Shown here in pieces: positions 27,089 through 41,827 of a DNA stretch of 64,000 nucleotides (position 1 is the first letter of the stretch; the number at the start of each line of letters is the position of its first letter). The notes under the pieces are model-generated. The model did not search any database. It had not been told where the DNA came from and saw only the letters and a program-made list of their open reading frames with translations. The stretch is from Octopus sinensis. Lineage: Eukaryota. The DNA lies in the NCBI RefSeq assembly GCF_006345805.1, contig NW_021836156.1:1-64000 (forward strand), given 5' to 3'. A program made the translations under genes and the position numbers.

Positions 27089-27562
27089 ATTATGTTTGAA
27101 TTTATTGGTTTAGTGCGTTCATTTGAGGGCATTCGATGTGAATCCTTGATGTATAAACATGGAACGGAACGCGCACGTGTTTACTTATTGTTTTCGGTAC
27201 GTATTTTGCTCTCATATTTATATATTTTATGGCAGCCTTACGGACAAGCTATGGATGATTAATTAATCAATTATTTATCTTACTTGTTGATTTATTTGGT
27301 CATTAACAGTGAAACTCATGGGTATAATTTAACTAAAATTTTTATTCACTCAAATGTCTTGCTCGCGTACAAATCAACGTGCCTTAATGTAAGAATGTAT
27401 TTTGTGGTTTTAGGCTTTGACTGCTATTTTTAGGACGTAAAACTCCATGTGGTGGTTTTCTCGTTGTCTGTGTTTCATACTCTATTATATTTGAAAATAT
27501 TTATGTCTTCTGACCACTGGTAAAAAATTGTTTAATAATTTTTACCCTTGTATTTATAAGGT

Positions 27563-27612
<50 letters not shown>

Positions 27613-28170
27613 ACGTGAGAAAGAGAGAAAATATGAGAGATAGAGAGAAAGCGAGAGAGCGGCAGAAAGACAGACAAACAGACAGGAACACAAAATTATG
27701 CATATTTATGTAAATATATGTATAATATATATTTATATATGTATGTATAAGTACTACATACACACAAAAGAATATATATATATGTATATATGAAAATATC
27801 ATACAAACTTACATACACATATACATACTCACACATACACATATGCATTCACACATTAATGGTATTATTTAAACAATCCAAACAGCATAAAGATGTCAAA
27901 CGAGTAACACATGTTAACCTAAAACGACTCACTCCCTCTTTTTACAATGCTCTGACACTAGTTTGATTTATTTATACAAATATCAATTTAATTGTGCAAC
28001 TTATCTACAAGCGAACAACGAAATTCTCATCTATTAATACGCCATCTTCAAAGGACGGCATTTCAGCATGGCATAAGTCTATTTGCATGAAATCGTCTCG
28101 CGTTTATTTGTTAAAAGACATTGATTGAGCAAATAGCCATAAGTCAATTCCAGAAACTATTCTACACACT

Positions 28171-28211
<41 letters not shown>

Positions 28212-28367
28212 GTACGCACGTTTTCGCGTTTGTATGCACACACACACATGCTCTCTCTCCCTTTCTCTCTCACGCACGTATACACAGGCATACTCACACG
28301 CAAACGCACACACACACATGTACACTCACTCGGTTGTACATAAATGCTCAAATATGTGTACGGACAG

Positions 28368-28422
<55 letters not shown>

Positions 28423-28582
28423 TGTGTGTGTATGCACACATACGTATACACACTCATACACACATATATTCATACGTATATACACATATATGTAAGTATA
28501 CATGCGTATAAATATAGAAATATATATATACATATATATATACATATATATACATATATATATACATACATACATACATACA

Positions 28583-28618
<36 letters not shown>

Positions 28619-29789
28619 TATATAGTAGAAATATGTTATAAAAAGAAAATATAAAATACACGTGGAAATGTAAGGGTAAAATATATATAATATTGACGTA
28701 TGCACATATATAGATAAACATACACACACACACAAGCACATGCACGCACACTCACACGCACACTCACACGCACACTCCAGTTTTTGCCATGTTGACTTAA
28801 GAATGCTCCTCACTCTGTATACATACGTTTCGTTCCACGATTTTTAGTAAAATACGAATAACGTATAAATTTTATATTATTATCATCTTTATCTCCAAAG
28901 TATTTTGCCTGTCATGAAATATGTTCAACTGTTCATGCATTTTCAAGAACTTAAACTACGGAAGACAATCGAAGTCATAACCGAAATGTGGAAGTATGTA
29001 CTTAGTATATGGAAGTATCTATGTATGCATACACGCACACACACACACACACACATATATATATACATGCATACATATATATATATATATATATATGATA
29101 TATATACATATACACATTCATATGTGTATCTGTAACACGTAAACACACAAACATATATATATATATATAGCCTGCTCGCTTAGCCAGCGGGGTGGCGTCA
29201 TTCGAAGGCTAAAACAATGCGAACGCATTGTGACCAGCGATGTGTAACAACATCTGATGGTCTGGTCGGTCACGTGATCACGTGATATATATATATATGA
29301 CGGGTTTCTTTTAGTTTCCGTCTACCATATCCACTCACAAGGCTTTGGTCGGCCCGAAGCCATAGTAGAAAACACTTGTCCAAATAGCCATGCCATGGTG
29401 ATACCAAGAAATCATGTGTCACATGATATGTAGATATTAAACATATCACAGAGGGGAACCAATAAGCGGTGATAAGTATAACTGCAATGTTATCATAAGT
29501 TCAAACATGCTAAAAACACGTTCGGACTTGTAAACAACCCATTAACTTTATTTTGCCATGGAGAAAATTTCTTGCTGTAGATAAATAGTGTGGATACACC
29601 TAGATCAGTTCGCAGTGCCACCTTCCTAGATTGTGAGATGCTGTTGTCACCTGTTCGATCACAGACACCAAGCAGGTAACGCTGCGAACAGTAAGAAATA
29701 TTCTCCGTGACAAAACATAATGAATAGCTTGTTTACAAATTCGAACATGCCATCAACATGTTTGAACTGGTAATGACATTACATTACGT

Positions 29790-30052
29790 GGAGGCGCGTG
29801 GCTTAGGGGTTAGAGTGTCGGCAACATGATCGTAAGATTGTGGTTTCGATTCCTGGACCGAGCGACGCGTTGTGTTCTTGAGCAAAACACTTCATTTCAC
29901 GTTGCTCCAGCCCACTCAGCTGGCAAAAATGAGTAACGGTGCGATGGACTGGCATCCCGTCCAGCTGGGGAACACATACGCCATAGAAACCGGGAAACCG
30001 GGCCCATGAGCCTGGCTAGGCTTTAAAAGGGCGCATTTATTATTTATTTATT
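29790..30052 (+). mobile_element. tRNA-derived SINE family D
   Basis: Head GGAGGCGCGTGGCTTAG..GTTTCGATTCCTGGACC and body GCGATGGACTGGCATCCCGTCCAG; other copies at 36477, 38680 and 63870. Confidence 0.85.
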
Positions 30053-30657
30053 AATGACATTACGTTACATATATTCTCTAATGACAAAGTGGAAATTCTA
30101 ACGACGAAGTGGAAATATTTTGTTATAACACAATTGTCTTAGACCAAATTGCATTATTTGATGAAAGCACAGCAAGGGATCTGACTAGCGTTTGAGAGCT
30201 ACGTGGTCACAGTTGAACGGAGCTAAATATTTTGCCCTTTCCGTTCTCTTTCTTCTTTCACCTTTTCTCCTTGCTATTTTCCTGATAAATTTAAGTACTT
30301 TAGTATTAGTCACTGTAAACGTTGATGAATGTTATATATTTTAGCGATAGCCAAGTATTTTCTGCTTATTGTTTTATCAAAGGTTTCGGAGAAGCAATTT
30401 CCACGATTGCTGTAGAGTAAAATTAATAAACTGTGGACAGGTTTATGAACTGGATGCAAGATTAGTTCACATGGAATTGTTGAAACAATTTTAAATTACG
30501 AAATATATATATCATATTTCAATTCTCATAACGATTTGCAAATCTCTTCAGTTAGTCATTATCCATCAGTGAATCATGAGTAGATATAAAAAGTTATCAA
30601 AAGCCAAAGGAAATAAATAAGATAAATAAATGTACAATTTATATTCAAGGTACTCAC

Positions 30658-30733
30658 CACACGACACACTCCACAATCCCACGGCTCCTACTTCCTACAG
30701 GTTTTTGCCGGCTATGAATATGACGATTCTTTT
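30658..30733 (-). other. Candidate 76-nt exon of an unidentified minus-strand transcript
   Basis: Unique sequence between a strong acceptor (TTTTCTTGTTTATTTTTCAG) and a consensus donor (GTG/GTGAGTAC); one open frame KNRHIHSRQKPVGSRSRGIVECVV. Confidence 0.4.
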
Positions 30734-30892
30734 CTGAAAAATAAACAAGAAAAACAAATCTTCATCATTGATTGTATTTCTTTAAATATTTATCTTTTTT
30801 ATTTTCTGTATTTCAGGAGGGTCAGTATGCTAATAATAAAATTCACACGCACTGGTTTAATTTCATTTCATTTATTATTATTATACTAAAAT

Positions 30893-31151
<259 letters not shown>

Positions 31152-31514
31152 TTTCGAATTGAAAGCAGCTCTAATAATCTAAACTTTATAAAGTATAATT
31201 TTTAATTTTTAATGTTTAATTTAAAACTTAATTCTACGGTGATGTAAAATTTAATTAACAATATTTTGAAAAGGAACCTGAAGATGTGTTGATAGTTTTG
31301 TAAATATGATGATTGCATAGATATATTTATATATGTATATATATGTATATGTATATATATGTACATATATATAATCTTCCAGTACTGAAACACGTGTATT
31401 TCCTTCATAAATGATAATTTTAATTTTAACTCAAGTAGGAGATAACTAAGGAAGTATATTTTATTGATATTTCGGTATCGTGTTTGCATCTAGTCCAGCA
31501 AATTACATTTATAA

Positions 31515-32020
31515 CGGACCATCATGGTGTTTGGAGGGACCACTAGTGATGGCGACGTTATGCCTGCAATCATCTTCCCACACGGCCTCAGACTCAACAC
31601 GGAAGCCTAAATCAAGCGCCTGATGGAGGCAGTGCTGCCCTGGGCAAAGAGGGTGGCTGCTGAAAGACCCTGTGCCTGGCAATAGTACTCTGCACTATGC
31701 AACACAAGCAGGAGAACCCAGTCATGGTTGTCAGACAATTTCTGTGACCACATGACCCCTAACATCTGGCCACCTAACTCCCCAGACTGCAACCCCCTTG
31801 ATTATTATATATGGGGCGCGGTTAAGCGAGAGACCAACAAAAGTCCTTGTCACAGCAAAGGATTAGAGCAGCATTCACCAACTTAAGCAAGGAGACCGTC
31901 CAGAAGAGTTGCAAGATGTCGTCTGTAAGCCGTGGTTGAAGCCAATGGCGATTTTATTGAATACATTTTCCCTTTAGTATTTCAAGCTATTTTTGTGTAA
32001 TTTTGTTAAATATATCTGCC
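31515..32020 (+). mobile_element. Degraded Tc1/mariner (maT/DD37D-like) transposase 3' part
   Basis: MVFGGTTSDGDVMP...LPWAKRVAAERP...WLSDNFCDHMTPNIWPPNSPDCNPLDYYIWGAV...VVEANGDFIE. Confidence 0.8.
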
Positions 32021-32029
32021 AAAGATCCC

Positions 32030-32342
32030 ACCAATGTCATCGCGCTTCAGTAGTAGTTAATGCAACAGCCTGGGTTTCAGGGGCCCACAGCTTTTTAATA
32101 TTTTCCCAAAGAGCCTGAGGAATTTACACAAAGTAGGTGTAGGTGTTTTAAAATCAAGGTTGGACTTCTTCCTGTCGAGAGTCCCAGATGAACTTACCGC
32201 ACGGCAAGAGGTGAAATTGAGGGTAGCTACATCATGAAACTCTATTCTACACCAAGTGCCACATATTATAGGAGGATCTCAGAAATAACAGTGTTGCAAA
32301 ACGGCGGTGCGCCAGCATGGCCACAGCTATGAGCTGAAACTA
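32030..32342 (+). mobile_element. Diverged CR1-like 3' fragment
   Basis: GGGTTTCAGGGGCCCACAGCT..GTCCCAGATGAAC..GGCGGTGCGCCAGCATGGCCAC. Confidence 0.8.
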
Positions 32343-33725
32343 CATATATATATATATATATATATACCAAGAAAGTTAGGATAGTATTTATCCAATATAC
32401 TGTTGGTATAGTACCCAAATTCATAATACACAAGTGCTTTTAATTGCAATGCAATTAACTTACTTATTGTATTAAATGGGTGAAGGTAAAGAAATATTTT
32501 ACCATTAATTTATATTACAAATAAGAAAATGGGGAAGCACATTAGTTGGTTCATCAACTTTAGGACATTAAAATGTTGACTAATTTATTTATCAAACCGA
32601 CAGCCATATTGACATACATACATATCATCATCATCATTCTTCGACCGTGGTCGAGACAATGGAATTTACCATGCTACGCCAGACTTCACGGTCCATCATG
32701 GCATTACGGAGATCCTGTTGCTGGATGCCTGTATCCCTGGAGATTACATCAGGGTAGGAGAGTGTGCGCCCTCTGGTATTGCGAGTAGATGGCTTCCATA
32801 TAGTATATTATTCAATGCATATAAGGCAAGAATACAAATATATTTATATGCATATATACACACATATATACATATATATATATATACATATATATGCATA
32901 ATACATACATACATAATATATGCATATGTATATATTATGAATGTATGTACAAATTTCATACATACATGCATATATATATATATATATAATATATCTATAT
33001 AATATATATATGCACATATATGATATATATATATATATATATGCACATATATGATATATATATATATATGCACATATATGATATATATGTATGTATTAAG
33101 TGACGTTAAACTATCAATCAAGTAGTGTCAACACATGTAACAATCTAAAGTGTCTTAAGTGTAAACAAATGACTATACAGAGTATTGTGCCATCGATATT
33201 TTGTGATTATTAATAATGGCAGTGGTGGGAGGTAATCGTGTGATAGAATGGTGATAAGTGTAGTATAGTGGTGGTGATGGTGGTGGTGGTGGTGTAATGG
33301 GTTTATAACGTCATCGTCATCGTCATCGTAGCCGTGAGTTAATCTGGTTTGATGTGGGTGGTTCGGCGATTTTAGTGCTAATGGTAGTTGTGTGAGGTGG
33401 AAGCGCAATGGTAGAGTGGTAGTTGTGGTGGTGGTTGGGTGGTGAAGACTATATTATCGTTGTTATTTGTCGTCACCTTGGCTGTCTTCATCGTCATGAT
33501 CCTCGTCGTCGCTATCGTCGTAGTAGTAATGTTTGATGACGATGGTATGATGAGCGACATAGGTGCTAATTGATGAGATAGCGAAGCAGTTGTGGAATTG
33601 TGTAAGTGTTATTATTTTTTTTTCTGGTGGTAACCATGGTGTAGTGACAATGGTGGTGGTTGTCCGTGTTGTAGCTGTTTTTAGTGAAAGTTGTAGCGGT
33701 TATGACAACGACGACGACGACGACA

Positions 33726-33770
<45 letters not shown>

Positions 33771-34028
33771 GCGGCAGTGGTGGTGATGTTGGTGGTGGTG
33801 GTTTTGCACGTGGTGGGGGGATTTGTAGTGCCGTGGAACTCTATTTATTCCGCTCTTCTCTTCTGTGAGTTCAAACCTTAACGAGAACAACTGTACTTTT
33901 TATCCATTTAGTGACTCATATATATACATGTGTGTGCATGTGTGTATGTGGATATGTGTGTGTATGTGTGTATGTGTATGTGTGTGTATGTATATATTTT
34001 TGTGTGTATATGTGTATGCATATATATG

Positions 34029-34061
<33 letters not shown>

Positions 34062-34377
34062 GTATATATATATGTATATATATATGTGTGTGTGTGTATG
34101 TATGTGTGTATGTATATGTGTGTATGTATATGTGTGTGTGTGTGTATATATATACATATGTGTATATGTATAAGTGAGAATCTCCTTATTTACCTAAAAC
34201 TCTATTCTATATATTTTTTTATTCTTTTATTTATTCTTTTATCTAATTTACCACTGACTCCTTGACCACTCCCCCAAGTATGATATTTTTGCGCTATGCC
34301 TACCCCCAAAAAGTCCCCCACCACCACCCCTTTAAACCTGCCTAAATGTATAAATGCCAATACAATTCTTGTTAACT

Positions 34378-34428
34378 AGCTTCCTGATGATTTCTCTTGA
34401 ATGAAACAGTTCTAGTCCTGTAGAAGCT
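34378..34428 (+). ncRNA. Type I hammerhead ribozyme motif
   Basis: AGCTTC-CTGATGA-TTTC(tctt)GAAT-GAA-ACAG(ttctagtc)CTGT-A-GAAGCT; perfect 6-bp stem I, GTA triplet; T.T mismatch at the base of stem II. Confidence 0.65.
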
Positions 34429-35188
34429 CCTTCTATATAATAAATTAATTTTACTCTGCTATGTATTGAGTACCTTATTTACTGTGGTTAACCCCGAATC
34501 AACCCGGGACCTACATATATATATATATATATATATATACATATGTCTTTTATTTTCTACTTGTATCATTCATTGGATTGTGGCCATACTGGGGCATTAC
34601 CTCATACGCATACACACATACACACACACAACACATACACACACTCATATATACGACGGATGTCTTTCTGTTTCCGTCTACCAAATCCATTCATGAGGCT
34701 TTAGGTCGGTCCGGGGCTATAGTAGAAGACACTTGCCCAAGGTGTCATGTAATGAGACTGATCCTGGAACCATGTGGTTGAGAAGCAATCTTCTTACCAC
34801 TCAGCCACAAAAACAAGAACGAGTTTTTAAAAAAATGGCTTCGGAGGTTTGATGCATATTTTTTTCCCGCAAATTATAGTGTCGCTTACAATGCGTTGCT
34901 TACCCATGCTTTTGAATTGAACTGAATTAAGCTTTGTAAGTGTTTGACTAAACTTGCTTATCGGGAAATTTGTAAGTTCGATTAATGTTTTTTTTTTTTA
35001 ACCCCCGTTTAAAGGAAGATCTTACTAGGGTAAATATCACGAGAATAACTCATACTCACCAAAGGCCAATATGAGAGTTTCTTTCATGGTATCTACCGCA
35101 ACATAGCTTGGCCTAACAGGACATCCACGTTTAAGTGGGGGAAAATATTACTTCTCGCTATTAATACAGACTCTGTCGTTAATATATA

Positions 35189-35746
35189 TTGGATTGTCTG
35201 GAAAGTTCGTGCCGATTTATAAAGGAAAGAAAAAGGTCAATAAATATTTGCCATTACATTTTTAATCAACCAAATATGAACCATTCTGTTGCACAGTGCA
35301 TCTCCATCTTTCCTTTAACTTGAAATTTACCTTCTTCCTAGAATTGAGATGGTTTCATGGCAAAGAATTCATCAAGGCATCTTTTTACGTCATCCAAGGA
35401 ATTGAAATTTTTACCATTAAGACTATTCTGCAGAGACCTGAAATCCGAAGGAGCAATATCTAGTGAATATGGAGGGTGAGGTAACATATCCCAGCCGAGC
35501 TGCAGCAATTTTTGTCTGGTTCCCAAAGCATCAAGTGCCGAAAATGAACTTTCTTATCTTCCATTTTAAAGGGTTACAAAATTAACACAGGTTATAGGAA
35601 CATAAACCTTCTTCCATGAAAAAAGAGCTTAAACTGTGCTCTTAATGGAGGTGTAGTGAAATCCTATTTTATGGACTCAACCAGGTTCTAGAATAAATCA
35701 AAAGGTAAGCTGCTATAATTCGGCACGAACTTTCCGGACAACCCAA
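35189..35746 (-). mobile_element. Internally deleted mariner transposon with TIRs and TA target duplication
   Basis: TIR TTGGATTGTCTGGAAAGTTCGTGCCGA / TCGGCACGAACTTTCCGGACAACCCAA with TA on both sides; ORF LGWDMLPHPPYSLDIAPSDF. Confidence 0.92.
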
Positions 35747-36476
35747 TATGTTATATAAACAGAAGATACTGAGTGATTGGTGCTGGCTTTGTTGCTTTTC
35801 ACTGCTGTTGTTTCTTTTGAAGTTCAAGAAAAAAATATGTGTGTGTATGCATATGTGCCTGTGTATAGTTGAGTGTATCCACATGCTTGTGTGTGTGCAT
35901 GTATGCGAATGCTTGTGTGTCTATGTGTCTGTGTGTGCTTGCGTGCGTGTGCGTGTTTGTGCACGCGCGCCTGTGTGTATGAGTGTGTTTGTGTGTGTCT
36001 ATCTGTCTCTCTGTCTCTCCGCATTGCATATCGATAACAAAATAATCAGCGACGAAAGAACAGACAAACCGGTGTTCTCAATCGAAAATCCCCTGTAATA
36101 ATTGTCCCTTCTGAGTTATACAATAATTAATCCTTCGTTATTCTCGCCATCATGATTACATTTTCGTCATAATCGGTCTGTGAGAAAAAACCTAAAATCC
36201 ACGAAACTATTGTTAACAAAATACAACGAATAATTAATTTGATTATCGCTGCTTTAATAGAATACTAATTAAACACATTTCGAAATGAAATAGATTAATC
36301 AACTTAATTCCACATCACTTAGAAATTTTGTTTCTCCACCCAAGCCTCATATTTTATCATTTTATCAGATATCTTCTACTTACACAGAGAGATGTAAGCA
36401 CATACACACACAGACACGCTCGCACATACACGAACATACACATATGAATATATACAATGTAACAGGTTTCTGTGTA

Positions 36477-36700
36477 GAGGCACGTGACCTAGTGGTTAGG
36501 ATGTTGGACTCAAGATCGTAAGGTTGTGGTTTCGATTCCTGGACCGGGCGATGCGTTGTGTTCTTGAGCAAAACACTTCATTTTCACGTTGCCCCAGTCC
36601 ACTCAGCTGGCAAAAATGAGTAATCCTGCGACGGACCGGCGTCCCGTCCACGTGGGGAATTTCTACGCCACTGGAACCGGGAAACCGGCCCTTATGAGAA
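36477..36700 (+). mobile_element. SINE family D
   Basis: Matches 29790-30052. Confidence 0.85.
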
Positions 36701-36802
36701 GGAACATTTTAATAGGTTTCTGTACAGTTTCTCTTTAGCCAGTTCCATTGAGAAATTATAGGATTGATTTGAAAATAAGATTACTTTCTGAGTTCAAATA
36801 CC

Positions 36803-37032
36803 TATTCCTTTACTACCCACAAGGGGCTAAACACAGAGGGGACAAACAAGGACAGACAAACAGATTAAGTCGATTATATTGACCCCAGTGTGTAACTGGT
36901 ACTTATTTAATCGATCCCGAAAGGATGAAAGGCAAAGTCAACCTCGACGGAATTTGAACTCAGAACGTAGCGGCAGACGAAATACCACAAAGCATTTCGC
37001 CCGGCGTGCTAACGTTTCTGCCAGCTCGCCGC
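36803..37032 (-). mobile_element. SINE family B inserted in antisense into another family B fragment
   Basis: 15-bp TSD CTGAGTTCAAATACC (36788-36802) / CTGAGTTAAAATACC (37033-37047). Confidence 0.8.
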
Positions 37033-37489
37033 CTGAGTTAAAATACCGTCAAGGTCGACCTAGCATCTCATACTTTCGGAGTCAATGAAATTAAGTACCA
37101 GTTAAGCATTGGGGTTGATGTAATCGATTAGCCCCACCCCGACAAAATTTCAAGCCTTCTGCCTCTAGCAGGAAGAAAACACATAGCAGAAATAAGACTA
37201 AGGTAGAAAGCATTTACCTAACATGGCCCTGCTCAGTAAGATAGAAACCGGCATAAAATACTTACGAATTGAATTTATCAACCATACGGCCATCCCTGGC
37301 ACCCAATATTTGCGCTTCTTTAGTAGTTACTGTATATAATGTGATATATGGGTGTTTGTGATACCACTGGGTGAAAACACATAAATCAGAGAACTTCTTG
37401 TGTTTCGCGGTCGTCTCAGACATAAACTGAGTGTAGAAATCTTCTTTAAGATACCCGGTCTTGTAATCTTAACTATAGCACACATTTAC

Positions 37490-37922
37490 ATAGACAAAGA
37501 CACACACACATGCACTTACGCAGACACAAATACATACGCACGCACTTACATAGACAAACACACAAATACGCACAAACACGTACGCACATACACACGCACA
37601 CAGACTCACACAGACGCACACAATCACATACATACACATACACACAGACGCACACGCACACGCACACGCACATGCATATACACACACAGACGCACGCACA
37701 CGCACACTGTTGCAGACATATACATACACACGCAGACATAAATAGACACACAAACGCACACGCACATGCACGCACATATACATACATATACACACACATA
37801 CACACACAGGCACACTCACACACAAGTACACACACACATACTGGCACACACACGCATACACATGCACACACATACACACGCACACACACAGGCACACAGA
37901 GACACACAGAGACACGCATACG
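37490..37922. repeat. Degenerate (CA)n-rich purine-pyrimidine tract
   Basis: Direct inspection; source of several spurious ORFs. Confidence 0.9.
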
Positions 37923-38091
37923 TAATTCTCAGACAGACAGAAATCTCTTACATTTATCTTAAATATATCCGGTGGAGGAGCAAAGAAATGCGAGAAGACT
38001 TACAGTATGTGTGACATTCAAACATTTCTCAAAGAGCATTGATGATGTAAATGGACTAAGAATTGAGAAGGTTACATACAACAGCAAGGGT

Positions 38092-38282
38092 GGAGGCGCA
38101 ATGGCCCGGTGGTTAGGGCAGCGGACTCGCGGTCGTAAGAACGCAGTTTCAATTCCGAGACCGGGCATTGTGAGTGTTTATTGAGCAAAAACACCTAAAC
38201 TCCACGAAGCTCCGGCAGCGGGGGGAGGGGTGACCCCGCTGTACTCTTTCACCACAACTTACTCTCACTCATTCTTCATACT
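38092..38282 (+). mobile_element. SINE family C, 5' half
   Basis: Matches 26702-26880. Confidence 0.85.
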
Positions 38283-39074
38283 TCTGCCACAAAGCAGAGG
38301 AACCATGGTGTAACACACTATGGTGTGGTAAACTTTCAGACCCTAGTCTTGATTGCGAATCCTCTGTACCCCAGGATGGTTCAGCTCTCCACCCGTTAAA
38401 AAGCCACCGTTTTCGGAATGAGGACAACAACGTAGCTTTCTCGCCCGTGCAACCGCCAGTTTATCGCATGTGGCGGGTGGATCTTCAAGTTGCCACAAAC
38501 ATTCTTAGTACCTTAGAGTAGGCCCGAATTAAAGATTATTCTTTGTGGTTAATGGCGTGAGTCCGAAGAAGAAGAAGAAGAAGAAGAAGAAGAAGAAGAA
38601 GAAGAAGAAGAAGAAGAAGAAGAAGACGACGACAGCAAGGATCAAAACGGGATTATTTTGTAGGCTGGGTTACTTAGAGTATGTTGAAAGCGCATGTTTT
38701 AGTGGTGAAGGTTTTGCGTTCATAATCACAAGATCGTAGGTTTCAACCGAGGAACGCGCTATGTTCTTGAGCAAAACACTTCATTTCATGTTATTTCAGT
38801 CCACTCAAAGACAAATAAATTCCAGCAATACCTAGGAAGGTAATATTGCGTCCTGTTCAGGCAAGAGGGTAATTGTGTTCTTTGTTATATTCGAATTGAA
38901 AATCAGGTAACTGGCTCTATGGGCCGTAGTTACATTAAAAAATTCGTTGCGTACCATTCAGGGTGTAGTAACTTCATACGACCTATTGAAAAATAAAAGT
39001 CGCTTCTACCGTGAAACATTCTCTCCTGTTTTAAGTATGAAGATTATGAAATGAAACAGTAATACAGGTCTAGA

Positions 39075-39488
39075 GGCGCAGGAGTGGCTGTGTGGTAAGT
39101 AGCTTGCTAACCAACCACATGGTTCCGGGTTCAGTCCTACTGCGTGGAATCTTGGGCAAGTGTCTTCTGCTATAGCCCCGGGCCGACCAATGCCTTGTGA
39201 GTGGATTTGGTAGACGGAAACTGAAAGAAGCCTGTCGTATATATGTGTATATATATATATGTGTATGTGTGTGTGTTTGTGTGTCTGTGTTTGTACCCCT
39301 AGCATTGCTTGACAACCGATGCTGGTGTGCTTACGTCCCCGTCACTTAGCGGTTCGCCAAAAAGAGACCGATAGAATAAGTACTGGACTTACAAAGAATA
39401 AGTCCCGGGGTCGATTTGCTCGACTAAAGGCGGTGCTCCAGCATGGCCGCAGTCAAATGACTGAAACAAGTAAAAGAGTAAAAGAGTA
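39075..39488 (+). mobile_element. SINE family A, full length
   Basis: Complete head, body and (AAAAGAGT)n tail. Confidence 0.92.
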
Positions 39489-39719
39489 AAACCCTGTAAT
39501 ATCTATGAAGATATGAGAGTCACGTCCTGCATATATTTGATCTGAAGTATCCTCTGAAAAACTGTACTGAAACATCCTCCCAGCAGCGACTAACGATTAA
39601 TTTGGAGAAGTATTGTTGTGAGCCAAGACCCAAAGACGGAAGCAACTGTGATACGAGATAACTAATTTCAATATTTATGAAACTTACATAATAATAATAA
39701 TAATAATATTAATAATAAA

Positions 39720-40529
39720 ATGCCCTGATGCAGTACCAGGCAGTGGCTCTCATGGCTTCTGATCTTAACTGATTGGAAGTGTTATCATGTACATTGTTTT
39801 GTCTTGGTATAAAAGATGGGCTACAACAAATATTCTGCTCAATACCACAAATGCCTGATGCAGTACCAGCAGTGGCTCTCATGGCTTTGATCTAACTGAT
39901 TGGAGGTGTTTATCATGTACATTGTTGTCTTGGTATAAAAAGATGCTACAGCAAATATTCTGCTCAATACCACAATGCCCTGATGCAGTACCAGGCAGTG
40001 GCTCTCATGGCTTCTGATCTTAACTGATTGGAAGTGTTATCATGTACATTGTTTTGTCTTGGTATAAAAGATGGGCTACAGCAATATTCTGCTCAATACC
40101 ATAGATTTGCTTGTCAGTTGTTTGACCTTAACCAGTTGAGCATGTCCCTTAGTGGCTGACGATATGTGCATCTCTGATCACGAGCAGAAGTAGTGGGGGA
40201 GCATCATAGCCATGTGTTGAGAAGGATTCTTTGGGGTTTGAATAATTCACCTCTGGAAACATGGGTGTTTCGTTCAACGTCCTTAAACAACTCTTATTCA
40301 GGGACCTTTTGAGCGGGATGGGTTACTCGATCTGAAGAAAATTCTAACTGGGCCCCACCTGCAAGGTCATGTGCTGTTTATCTTGATATGAGATCACCAT
40401 GTCGCGCACATATGGTTGTGATGCATGTGCCTGGTGTACCCTTATCAGACGGGTAATCATGATGGGTATACTGGGCTTCGTATATTTTACCCCAGTGTCA
40501 CTTTGATGGCATGTTCTGCTCACTCACTC

Positions 40530-40530
<1 letters not shown>
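39720..40530. mobile_element. Non-coding interspersed element (family E) embedded in (AAT)n, with the first ~130 bp triplicated
   Basis: Second copy at 52946-53436; (AAT)n on both flanks here. Confidence 0.8.
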
Positions 40531-40560
<30 letters not shown>

Positions 40561-40561
40561 G

Positions 40562-40594
<33 letters not shown>

Positions 40595-40639
40595 GATGAT
40601 GATGATGATGATTTCAAATTTTTGCCAAAAGGGCAGCTT

Positions 40640-41003
40640 TGGGAAGGTATTAAGTCGATTACATATACCCTAGTGTTTCGCTGGTACTTAATTTATGGAC
40701 TGCGAAAGGATGAAAGGCCAAGTCGACCGCGGCAGAATTTGAGCTCAGAACGTAACGGCGGACGAAATACCTATTTCTTTACTGCCCACAAGGGGCTACA
40801 CACAGAGAGTACAAACAAGGACAGGCGAACGGATTAAGTCGATTTTATCGCACCCCTATGCGTAATTGGTACTTATTTAATCGACCCCAAAAGGATGAAA
40901 GGCAAAGTCGACCTCGGTGGAATTTGAACTCAGAACATAGCGGCAAACAAAATACCGCTAAGTATTTTGTTCGGCATGCTAACGATTCTGGCAGCTAGCC
41001 GTC
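40640..41003 (-). mobile_element. SINE family B dimer
   Basis: Two reverse-complement bodies joined at GAAATA/GGTATTTCGTC. Confidence 0.85.
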
Positions 41004-41037
41004 TTGAATAATAATAATAATAATGATAATAATAATA

Positions 41038-41088
<51 letters not shown>

Positions 41089-41120
41089 TGATGATGATGA
41101 TGATGATGATAATGATGATG

Positions 41121-41173
<53 letters not shown>

Positions 41174-41827
41174 AAGATTACAGTTACGTATATTTATGAT
41201 CAGTATTAATACACATAATACTTTATTACATACGCCGGGAGAAGACAGAAAGTCAAAAGATGAGGCTGGAAAGTTCTAAAGAACAGGCCACTTGGTAAAG
41301 GTTAAAGAACTTTATGGCATTCGGAAGTATTTTGAAAGGATGCTGACAAAACAAATAAATGACTTTGCACCCAGAAAAATTGTATTTCTGATAATTATGT
41401 CGAAAGAAAGTCTGGCGGTGTTCATGTTTGCCCTTAAATTACAAAATAAGAAAGGAGAAGGAAAGGCAAAGGGGGAGAAAAAGGAGGCGGGTAGAAACGG
41501 GGTGCAAACCGGGTAGAGGTCGGGTATATTATTTTTTACTGTTTTGTTTTTCATAATATTATTGCATTATATTTTTCATTTCGTTTCATTTCAGCTTTCA
41601 TAAAGGATACACACATACACACACACACGCGCGCATGGGCGCGAGCGCGCACACACACACACGCGCATGGCGCGCGCGCACACACACACACCACACTCAC
41701 ATCTCTACATGGATAATGTTTGACAGTGACTGCGATGTTTCGTTTGATAGAGGCTGAGTAAACCGAAACTTCGAAGTCACAATCAACGTTTTTCTTGCAA
41801 AAGCTACTAAAAAGTATTGCTGAATTA

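Noticed and set aside
41620-41695. CG/CA alternating tract with internal duplication (Z-DNA-like)
   Set aside because: A simple-repeat variant with no evidence of function
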